Assembly: GCA_021776825.1 (NCBI GenBank)
Contig: JAJFFG010000103.1
Coordinates: forward strand, 11,145-75,144
Direction of reading: 5' to 3'
Length of the DNA stretch: 64,000 nucleotides
From: Planctomycetota bacterium
Lineage (GTDB): Bacteria > Planctomycetota > JAJSAM01 > JAJVHW01
The notes beneath the pieces are model-generated. The model worked only from the letters and a program-made list of their open reading frames with translations, was not told the origin of the DNA and did no database searches. Of the stretch, positions 56,756 to 64,000 are shown in pieces. A program made the position numbers and the translations under genes. Numbering within the stretch: the first letter of the stretch is position 1; every line of letters begins with the position of its first letter.

Positions 56756-58300
56756 ATGCGGCTGATGCTGATCGAAGACGACGCGATCACGCGTCAGGTA
56801 GTCGGAACGGTCCTGGGAAATCTCGGCTACGAGGTCGAGACGTTCGGTGACGCGGAGCGCGCGCTGAAGAGCCACGGCGAGGCCGCCTACGACGTGGCGA
56901 TCGTCGATTGGATGCTCCCGCGGATGGACGGCATGGAGTTCATCCGCCGCCTCCGCGGACAGCTCCACGGCGAGGATTGCGTCGTGCTCGTGGCGACGTC
57001 GAAGGGCGCGCCTGGCGACCTCGAGGAGGCCCTGGCGGCCGGGGCGGACGACTACGTTCGGAAGCCGGTCAACGGCGGTCTGCTCGCCGTCCGCATGAAG
57101 ATCGCGGCGCGGGCAGTCGAGCAGCGACGCGCACGACGTGCGGCCGAGACCGCCAAGAAAGCGGCACTGGAGCGGCTCGAGCGCATGCGGCGCTTGGAGA
57201 GCCTGGGCAACCTGTCACGACGCATCGCGCACGACCTGTCGGACATGCTCCTCGCGATCCACGCCAGTGCGAATCTGGCGCGGCAGGAAGAGCCCGGAAG
57301 CGAGCGCATCGGCACGCATCTCTCGCGAATCGCGCGGGCCGCCAGCCGCATGTCGAGTTTGGGCGAGGCCCTCGTCGACTACGCCGGCGGCGATGCGTCG
57401 TCGGCGCGATCGATGTCGCTCGCTCACGCAGTCGACGGGCTGGAGCACGTGCTGGCGAAGCTCGTGGGCGATCGTGCGAAGCTCTGGATCTACGCCCCGG
57501 CCAACCTGCCGCCCGCGCACGCATCGCCGACCGAGGTTCGGCAGGCGCTCATCGCTCTCGTCACGAACTCGCTCGAGGCCGTGGCGGAGGAGGGCGGCGA
57601 GATTCGTGTCGCGGCGGACGTCATCAACTGCAACGCCGCGTACCTGAAGTCGGCGCTCCCAGCGGACGAGGCGGTGCCCGGGCGCTACGTCTACGCGGAG
57701 GTCATGGACAACGGCAGCGGCATGGACGCGGGCACACGCGCGCACGCGTTCGAGCCGTACTTCTCGACGCACGCCGAGGATCGCGGGCTCGGGCTCGCCT
57801 CGGTGCTCGGGATCATGCGTGGCCACGGCGGCTTTATCTCGATCGACTCGAAGCTCTACGAGGGCACGGCGATCCGCCTGCACTTCCCGCTCGCTGCGGT
57901 TACCGACACACCGACGGTCGACCGCACCGGGAGCGCGGGACGGCTACCGACCTCGGTCGTCGTTGCGGAGGACGACAGCCTCGTGCGGGAGATCGTCGAG
58001 GACATCGTCACGGGAGCCGGCTGCGCGTGCAGGACGGCAGAGGACGAGAGGTCGCTCGTCGCCGCGATGGATGACGACGTGGAAGCGGTGGTGCTCGACC
58101 TAGCGCTGCGCGGCAGCGGCGGCGTCGGGACGCTGATGCGGCTTCGTGCGGAGCGGCCGAACCTGCGTGCCGTCCTGACGGGCGGTCGCGGTGAGCGCGA
58201 GGTGCCCGAGGATCTGCAGCGAGATCAGAAGACGGTGTTCCTCCGGAAGCCGTACATGCCAGCGGAGCTGGTGCAGGCGCTACGGCGGGCGATGCGGTAG
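56756..58300 (+). CDS. Hybrid signalling protein: N-terminal receiver, histidine kinase core, C-terminal receiver
   Basis: REC1: MRLMLIEDDAITRQVV...DVAIVDWMLPRMDG. H-box: ...LSRRIAHDLSDMLLAIHASANLA. HATPase_c: ...GSGMDAGTRAHAFEPYFST...GLGLASV.... REC2: ...VVVAEDDSLVRE...VVLDLALRGSGG.... Confidence 0.85.
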   Translation: MRLMLIEDDAITRQVVGTVLGNLGYEVETFGDAERALKSHGEAAYDVAIVDWMLPRMDGMEFIRRLRGQLHGEDCVVLVATSKGAPGDLEEALAAGADDYVRKPVNGGLLAVRMKIAARAVEQRRARRAAETAKKAALERLERMRRLESLGNLSRRIAHDLSDMLLAIHASANLARQEEPGSERIGTHLSRIARAASRMSSLGEALVDYAGGDASSARSMSLAHAVDGLEHVLAKLVGDRAKLWIYAPANLPPAHASPTEVRQALIALVTNSLEAVAEEGGEIRVAADVINCNAAYLKSALPADEAVPGRYVYAEVMDNGSGMDAGTRAHAFEPYFSTHAEDRGLGLASVLGIMRGHGGFISIDSKLYEGTAIRLHFPLAAVTDTPTVDRTGSAGRLPTSVVVAEDDSLVREIVEDIVTGAGCACRTAEDERSLVAAMDDDVEAVVLDLALRGSGGVGTLMRLRAERPNLRAVLTGGRGEREVPEDLQRDQKTVFLRKPYMPAELVQALRRAMR

Positions 58301-58577
58301 GAGGCGTTGGGGGGGAGCCTCCGCGAACTCGCCGTAGAGATCTCGCCGTAGCCAGCCCCGCCCTCGCCAGCCCCGTCCTCGCCGATCCCGTCGTCGCCAA
58401 TCCAGTCGTCGCCAATCCCGCCCGTACGTCGGGATCCGCTTGGCCAACCGCGTCGGCGGCTGACCCACACGAGCGCCGACGTTGATGCGCGCGAGCGATG
58501 GTGATGCCGGTCGCCGAGCCGTGACGTCGTCGACCGATGGCCGATCGCATCACGCGAGTCACCCGCCGAGCGCCAGA

Positions 58578-59388
58578 GGACCCGCCCCTACGACACTGTT
58601 GACGTAGCGGACCCGTTGGGCCGGAGGAGACCCAGCCCGTCCGGATCCCCACCCGGGGCGCGCTGGTTGCGCCCGAGCGCAAGCAGAGTGACGCGGGAGA
58701 TGAGGCCACGCAAGGGTGCGGCCGACGACGTCGCTCTTGCGTGAGAGCCCTCGCACCCGCGGAGCCGACCAGAGACATGGGAGGCGCGCCGATTGCGGCA
58801 TGCCCCAATGCGCGTCACCAACCAACTGCCAGCAAGCGGCGTGACCCCGGGGCGGATCAGGAGATCCGCCCGTACGGAGTCGTCGATCAGGCGGACGCGT
58901 CCCGCTCGGATGGCCGATTCAGCCCCCGGCGCGCCGCGATACCCGCGTAGGGGCGGAGCCCCTGCTCCGCCCCGCTGACGCGGGTCGAGCGGTGTCGCCG
59001 GCGCTCAGCGGACGACGACGGTGGAGCGCGCGGTCGTCGGCGAGAACCGTCGCTGCCAAGGCGCGGACAATCGGGCTGCCACCGACTCCGTCCGATGGCC
59101 GTGCGCAAGACGCCGGTCGTCCGCCGAGCGCCCGCGCAAACCCCACCGGCGCCAATCTCGCCGTACGGGGGGATCTCCTGATCCCCCCTGCCGACGCGGG
59201 TGGCGCGGTCGATGGTGGTGGACGGCGCGCTGCGGGCGACAGTGGGGCACTCGGACGGTGACCGGCCCGGGGGCTGCGGCGTCGTCGACAGGTGGTCGTG
59301 CGCGCGATGAGCCTCGTCCGCCGAGCGCGATCCACCTGCCTCGCTCGTGCGGCGTCGGCGGGCGGGGCGGACCAGGGGGTCCGCCCCT
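58578..59388. repeat. Composite intergenic repeat locus B. It has a third copy of the ~193-bp structured core (about 58640-58848), a canonical hairpin GGGCGGATC-AGGA-GATCCGCCC (58849-58871), and three variant hairpins (GGGGCGGAG..CTCCGCCCC 58950-58974; GGGGGGATC-TCCT-GATCCCCCC 59167-59188; GGGGCGGACC-AGGG-GGTCCGCCCC 59365-59388) plus a half-site at 58578-58597.
   Basis: Read directly. It is the same family as locus A (11593-12320). Also a degenerate ~15-bp repeat array CGCCAGCCCCGCCCT/CGCCGATCCCGTCGT/CGCCAATCC(A/C)GTCGT at 58345-58425. Confidence 0.8.
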
Positions 59389-59480
59389 ACGACGGACTCG
59401 AACTCGCGTTCAGCACTCGACGTCCGGCAGGTGTCGTCGCTGGCGCTCCTCTGATCTGCTCGGGGACCCGGTTCGCGAGT

Positions 59481-62120
59481 TCAGTACTCGAAATCGAGCA
59501 GATTCTCGATGTCGGCTCGGAAGGACTCGCCGAACGTCAGGACCAGCAGCTCTTTGATGAGCGCGCTCTCGTCATCCAGCATCACGGCGCGGCCGCGGCC
59601 GGCCGCGGCTGTCTCGGCGTAGCGATCGAAGAACGGCGCTTTGATGCCGGACGCGTCGATGCGGCGCTTGCGCGTCTTGATGTCGAGTGAGCGGCGGTTC
59701 GTGTCGGTGAAGACCGCGTGGAGCACCGCGTTGTTCTCGACGGTGCAGAACTCCTTGATGGTCTCGATGAACACCCCGTGCGACTCGGGGTGATGCGGCG
59801 CGTCGCCCGCGTAGACGATCACCTTGTGCGCCTCGGGGCGCCAGTCGAGTTTCATCATCGCGTTGCGCGTCGTCTCGAACACGGCCTCCGGCAGATCACC
59901 GCCCTGACCGTGCGTGGCGTTCTGGAGGAACCCCGACAGCTTCCACGTGTCGTAGGTCAACGGGGAGCCGTACCAGACGTAGTTGTCACCGTAGTCGCGG
60001 TACGTGTAGACGCTCACGCGGAGGCTCGGCAGCAGGGCGTTGAGCTCGTGGATGATCTCGTCCGTGCGCTGCTTCGCCGCGCGGATCAAGCCCGCCATCG
60101 AGCCCGTCGAGTCGAACAGCAGGGCGATGTCCAGGCCCTTCCACTTCAGGTCCCTGGCCGTGTCCTGCAGCGCGCCGGTGATCGCTCCGCGGGCGCGGGC
60201 GCCGCGCGCCGGCAGCACGCCGTTGCGGCCGGCCCACCACTCGCGCCAGCGCTTCACGGCGTCCGAGCGATCATGCGCCGGTCCCTCCGGGTCAAACCCG
60301 CGCGACGTCTCGCTGATCGTCTGGAGTGCACGGTTCGCCCGACGACGGACCTCGACGAGATCGTGCCCCAGCGCGGAGATGAGCGGATCGACGGCGGGCG
60401 CCGGACGTGCCGCGTCGAGGCATTCGAGCGAGGCCTTCTTCAGTCGGGCGTGCGTCGTGTCCAGGTAGAGGTAGACGACGCGCTCCATCGCCGCCTCGGC
60501 CTCTCCGACCGGCGCGCTCAGCGCGACCTTGGCGAGCCCGAGGCACGCGTTGGTCTTCACGCCGTCGTCCTTGTCATTCAGACCGCCGGCGAGGGCGTCC
60601 AGGACGTCCGTGCCATCCGGGTGATGCGCCAGCGCGGCGAGCGCCTGCTCGCGGACGCCGTAGTCCGCATCCTTCGTGCGCCCAATGAGGACCTTCAGCA
60701 CGCCGTCCTGCTCCGTGCGGTACCGCAGCGAACGGACCGCCATCACCCGCACCATGTACTTCTGATCGCGAACAGCCGGCAGCAGAGCCGCCGTCGACTC
60801 CGGCAGATCGATGCCCGCCAGCGCTCGGATCGCGCCGATCCGGACCTCGCCGCGCTTGTCGGAGAGTGACTTCTTGAGCGCCTTCACGGCCGTCACGTTG
60901 CCGATGCGGCCCAGCGCCATCACGGCGTTGTGGCGCACATCGAGCTGGCTGTCGCCCAGTGCCTTCGTCAGTTTGCCAACGAGGTCGGCGGAGCCGGCCC
61001 ACCCGGCGCCGTAGGTGCAGGCGACACGCACCTCGTCCTTGCGGTGCGAGATGCCGGAGACCAGCTTGGGATGCGGGGGACTGCCGGCGGCAGCGCGGCG
61101 GCCGAGACCCTCGGCAACGCCCATGCGCAGGAACGCCTTGTGGTCGTAGGGCTTTGTGGCGGTCAGCGCCTTCACGAGAATCTTGTCGGCCTCACCGTAC
61201 TCAATACGCGCGAGCGCTAGGCCGAGGAGGTAGTGCGAGTAGCGGTCGCCGTTGTCTTCCTGCTCCGTCGAGGCGACTCGCTCGAGCTGGCGCGACGCGA
61301 CGAGCGACTTGGCCTCGTCGATGAGACGCTTCGTGGCGGCCTTGTCCTTTAGCGCAGCGAGCCCGCCGAGTGCCTCGTAGCGAACGTCGAGGTCCTCGCT
61401 CTCGACGAAGCCGCGGAGCGTCTCGACAACGGCCGGATCGTCCAGCGCACCGAGTCCGCGAACGGCGGCCAGCCGCAGCCCTGGATCACCGTCGGCGGCA
61501 GCGCGCACGTAGAGATCACGCGACGACTTCGCGCCGATCGACACGAGCGCGAGCAGGATCTGACGCTTCGCCTCGACGAACTTCACTTCGGCGTCGTACG
61601 CATCGCCGAGCAGTCCCGCCGTCGACGGATCGCGCATGTCGGCGAGGCACGACGCCGCGAACGCGCGCGTCTCCCAATCGAGCTCGTCGAGCGCGATCTC
61701 GAGCGCCGGGATGGCCACCGAGCCGAGCCGCACGACCTCCTTGCGAAGCGACGACCAGACGCGGAACTCGCGATCTCGGAACGCGTCGAGCTTGATCATG
61801 GCCGGCAGCGCGGTATCTGGCAGCGTCTCGCGCCGTTCATCGAGCTCGAGACGCTTCTTCCTCTCAGCGACCTTCGGGTCCTCGGCCTCGGCTGCTGGTT
61901 CGTCGCCACCGGCGGCTGGCTCGTCCCCCGCGGCTGCCGGCTCGTCACCCGCGGCTGCCGGCTCGTCACCCGCGGCCGGCGGATCGTCGTCACCCGGTGT
62001 CGCCGGCGCCGCGAGCAGGCCGGGCGCCGCCAGCGGGCCGTGCCCCGCCAATAGGCTGTGCCCCACCAATACGTACAGGGCGAAGGCACAGGGCAACGTG
62101 GCGCGAAGAAGTCGGCTCAT
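59481..62120 (-). CDS. HEAT-repeat protein with a C-terminal von Willebrand factor type A (VWA) domain, secreted
   Basis: Signal peptide; repeated PBS-lyase-type HEAT units (...VRxxAxxALGxIG...). VWA MIDAS motif ...DIALLFDSTGSMAG.... The N-terminal (PAAGDE)n tract is encoded by 21-bp tandem repeats near 61900-61990. Confidence 0.7.
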   Translation of the reverse strand: MSRLLRATLPCAFALYVLVGHSLLAGHGPLAAPGLLAAPATPGDDDPPAAGDEPAAAGDEPAAAGDEPAAGGDEPAAEAEDPKVAERKKRLELDERRETLPDTALPAMIKLDAFRDREFRVWSSLRKEVVRLGSVAIPALEIALDELDWETRAFAASCLADMRDPSTAGLLGDAYDAEVKFVEAKRQILLALVSIGAKSSRDLYVRAAADGDPGLRLAAVRGLGALDDPAVVETLRGFVESEDLDVRYEALGGLAALKDKAATKRLIDEAKSLVASRQLERVASTEQEDNGDRYSHYLLGLALARIEYGEADKILVKALTATKPYDHKAFLRMGVAEGLGRRAAAGSPPHPKLVSGISHRKDEVRVACTYGAGWAGSADLVGKLTKALGDSQLDVRHNAVMALGRIGNVTAVKALKKSLSDKRGEVRIGAIRALAGIDLPESTAALLPAVRDQKYMVRVMAVRSLRYRTEQDGVLKVLIGRTKDADYGVREQALAALAHHPDGTDVLDALAGGLNDKDDGVKTNACLGLAKVALSAPVGEAEAAMERVVYLYLDTTHARLKKASLECLDAARPAPAVDPLISALGHDLVEVRRRANRALQTISETSRGFDPEGPAHDRSDAVKRWREWWAGRNGVLPARGARARGAITGALQDTARDLKWKGLDIALLFDSTGSMAGLIRAAKQRTDEIIHELNALLPSLRVSVYTYRDYGDNYVWYGSPLTYDTWKLSGFLQNATHGQGGDLPEAVFETTRNAMMKLDWRPEAHKVIVYAGDAPHHPESHGVFIETIKEFCTVENNAVLHAVFTDTNRRSLDIKTRKRRIDASGIKAPFFDRYAETAAAGRGRAVMLDDESALIKELLVLTFGESFRADIENLLDFEY

Positions 62121-62180
62121 GCGCTCATGGTAGGCGTACCAACGGCGCCGGAGGCGAGGCGTCCTAGTGAAGGACCCGGG

Positions 62181-63758
62181 TTAGCGGAAGAAGCGCGTCG
62201 CCCGAGCCAGGTGATTCAGGAGCCCTGGCGGCGGCGGGGGCGTATCCCCGGTCGGTGGCGGCGTCAGGCGCGGATCGTTGGTCGCGAAGTGGATCTTCGT
62301 CGCGGACGCCGCCGCCGGCGGCCCGGTCACGACGGGCAGTCCGCCCTCGGCGACGAGCACGATGTTCGCGGCGTCGAGCTCGCCGTGGACATGACGGACG
62401 TTTCCGCGGGTCCACAGCAGCGCCGCCGGAGTGCACTGCGCCGGCCCACCGCCGAAGCCCAGTCCGCCGCCGGGCTGGCGGGCAGTCGACCAGAAGGTGA
62501 AGCGGTGCGAGTTCCGCATCGGACGCGGGAAGACGCTGTCCCCCTCGACCGTCTGCGTGAGCTGCGAGAGCGAGCGAATGCCGCGACGGCGTCGGACGCG
62601 GAAGATCTCGTAGTTCTGCTCGGGGTTGCCGCCGGGCAGATGGTCGGCCGACGAGCAGAAGAAGATGAACCGGCCGTCACGCGTGATGCGCGGAGCGAAG
62701 GAGTCGCGATCGCTCCAGGTGAGCTGCCGCAACGTTCCCCGGACGGTCGGGCCCTCGACCCAGAGGTAGATCTGCGTGATGCCGTCCGGGTTGCCGACCA
62801 GCGAGAAGTCGCGCGGGCTCACGGCGTTGGGCGTCAGGTCGGAGCTGCTCTCGAACGCAATACGACGGCCATCGCCGTTGATCGACGGACGCGCGATCGC
62901 TCCCCCGTCCGTGACGGTCGTGAGTTGGAGGAAGCGCCGGTCGCGCTCCTGCCAGACGAAGAGCTGCTGCTCGTTGGTCGCGTTGCGACCAACGTTCCCG
63001 CTCGACGGCACGCCGCGGCCGCCATCGAGATCGGCGTCGGAGGCGAACGCCACGCGGGCGTCGCGCTCTCGGACGCTGACGCCGCTCCCGGCGTCCCGTG
63101 AACGCGTCCGCGCGGTGAGCGAGGGGTCGTTCACGATGAATCCGTCGGCCGCGTCGAGTCCGGTCAGGTTCACGGTCTCGCTCGTCGGGCCGTCCTCGCC
63201 GCCGCGCGTCACCGAGTGGATGAACAGGTTGGAGGCCGACTCGCCGCCGACAGCCTCGGAGCCGCGGAAGGCCAAGCGCCACCCGAACGGGTCGAACTGC
63301 ACGGAGGGCTGGTCGTCGTCGCCGGTCGCATCCGAGATCGTGACGGCGTCGTTGCCCTCGCGCAGGACGACGATCGACGCCGCTGTGACGCCGGCCACGC
63401 CGGTCGCGTACGCCACGAGCCGGCCGTTGCCACCGAGCGAGATCTGGTCGTACACCGCGGGATCGAACGAAGGCCCGATCAGTTCGGGGACACCCGGCAG
63501 CAGCGGGCTGCAGTCGGGTGCTCCCGGCGGAAGGCGGAATCGCGGTGCCTGGGTCGGCGTGGCGTCGCTGATCCGTCGTAGCCGGTAGCGACGCTGCGTA
63601 CCGGCGCCGTCCGCGGCCACGGAGAGACCGACAGCGGCGATCGCCGCGAGAACGAGGGTGCGAGACAACGTGGGCATTCGTCCCATTCGAACCGCTCCTT
63701 GCCGCCTTGCCAACGCTTCCAGACCGAGTTGGACGTTCCGCGCGGCCCGCACTTGCAC
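62181..63758 (-). CDS. Secreted PD40/TolB-like beta-propeller repeat protein. Start probably MGRMPTLS or MPTLS, around 63677-63686.
   Basis: Repeated ...SPDG..IAF.S....G..QI... style PD40 units (e.g. INGDGRRIAFESSSDL, ITRDGRFIFFCSSADH). Signal peptide LVLAAIAAVGLSVAA. Confidence 0.55.
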   Translation of the reverse strand: MQVRAARNVQLGLEALARRQGAVRMGRMPTLSRTLVLAAIAAVGLSVAADGAGTQRRYRLRRISDATPTQAPRFRLPPGAPDCSPLLPGVPELIGPSFDPAVYDQISLGGNGRLVAYATGVAGVTAASIVVLREGNDAVTISDATGDDDQPSVQFDPFGWRLAFRGSEAVGGESASNLFIHSVTRGGEDGPTSETVNLTGLDAADGFIVNDPSLTARTRSRDAGSGVSVRERDARVAFASDADLDGGRGVPSSGNVGRNATNEQQLFVWQERDRRFLQLTTVTDGGAIARPSINGDGRRIAFESSSDLTPNAVSPRDFSLVGNPDGITQIYLWVEGPTVRGTLRQLTWSDRDSFAPRITRDGRFIFFCSSADHLPGGNPEQNYEIFRVRRRRGIRSLSQLTQTVEGDSVFPRPMRNSHRFTFWSTARQPGGGLGFGGGPAQCTPAALLWTRGNVRHVHGELDAANIVLVAEGGLPVVTGPPAAASATKIHFATNDPRLTPPPTGDTPPPPPGLLNHLARATRFFR

Positions 63759-63776
63759 TGGGTCGTATCCTCACCG

Positions 63777-64000
63777 CATGGAAGCGCCATCCCCACCGAC
63801 CGTCCGGAAGGACCCATTGGTCGCCGCGGGACTGGCACTCTTCGTACCAGGTGGCGGCCACCTCTATGTCGGTCGGCCGATCGCATTCGCGCTGATTCTG
63901 AGCCTGGAAGCGCTGCTTTGGAGCAGCGGCCACGGCGTGGTCACCATGCTGGTCCACGGCATCCAGATCGTCCTCGCCGGGGGTGACGCTCGCTCGCAGA
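63777..64000 (+). CDS. Hypothetical small membrane protein, 5' portion only (the gene runs off the window end)
   Basis: ATG at 63777 (MEAPSPPTVRKDPLVAAGLALFVPGGGHLYVGRPIAFALILSLEALLW...) with high GC3 and no stop before the window end. Confidence 0.35.

Overview
This is a 64 kb window of a very high-GC (about 70%) bacterial chromosome. I cannot place the lineage; the gene content would fit a Gemmatimonadota- or Myxococcota-like Gram-negative organism. No rRNA, tRNA or CRISPR array was found.

Features supported by the sequence, in order:
- a MoxR AAA+ ATPase / DUF58 operon (1-2174);
- a hypothetical gene coupled to a HAD-IIB (Cof) / alpha-beta hydrolase fusion;
- a 7Fe ferredoxin;
- a DUF4139 (MuiA-like) protein;
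- an adjacent queF and gluQ pair (queuosine synthesis and modification);
- a CNNM/TlyC-type transporter;
- a UbiB kinase;
- a five-gene 2-oxoacid dehydrogenase cluster (E1alpha, E1beta, E2, a second E1alpha, E3);
- a formylglycine-generating-enzyme domain protein;
- a small accessory islet (21.5-26.5 kb) holding a 388-bp hairpin-ended non-autonomous element, a class II Fic gene, a hypothetical gene and a toxin-first RelE/ParE-Phd pair;
- a CheB-CheR-PAS fusion coupled to a PAS hybrid histidine kinase;
- a di-heme cytochrome c peroxidase;
- several large secreted proteins with carboxypeptidase-regulatory-like repeats;
- a glycine-rich RRM RNA-binding protein;
- an APC permease fused to two Usp-like domains and a PTS EIIA-2 domain;
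- an ECF sigma factor fused to a transmembrane segment and about 650 extracytoplasmic residues;
- a cytochrome b-like membrane domain fused to a multiheme cytochrome c, coupled to a CRTAC1/ASPIC protein;
- GDSL and DUF1801 proteins;
- a second copy of the 388-bp element;
- a frameshifted caspase-fold-like peptidase gene overlapping the end of a PA14 protein gene;
- a REC-HK-REC hybrid kinase;
- a HEAT-VWA protein and a PD40 beta-propeller protein.

The observations I consider most novel are non-coding:
- a 388-bp element present twice (about 95% identical), bounded at both ends by perfect 14-bp-stem hairpins, resembling IS200/IS605-type palindrome-associated elements but with no transposase in the window;
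- a REP-like GGGCGGATC-N4-GATCCGCCC hairpin (7 copies plus a half-site), associated with a 193-bp structured repeat core (3 copies) in two intergenic loci 47 kb apart;
- several short perfect tandem repeats, many containing CTAG.

No complete novel multi-gene system can be asserted from the sequence alone. The Fic/TA/element islet and the unusual domain fusions are the best candidates for follow-up. All coordinates are approximate to within a few bases.
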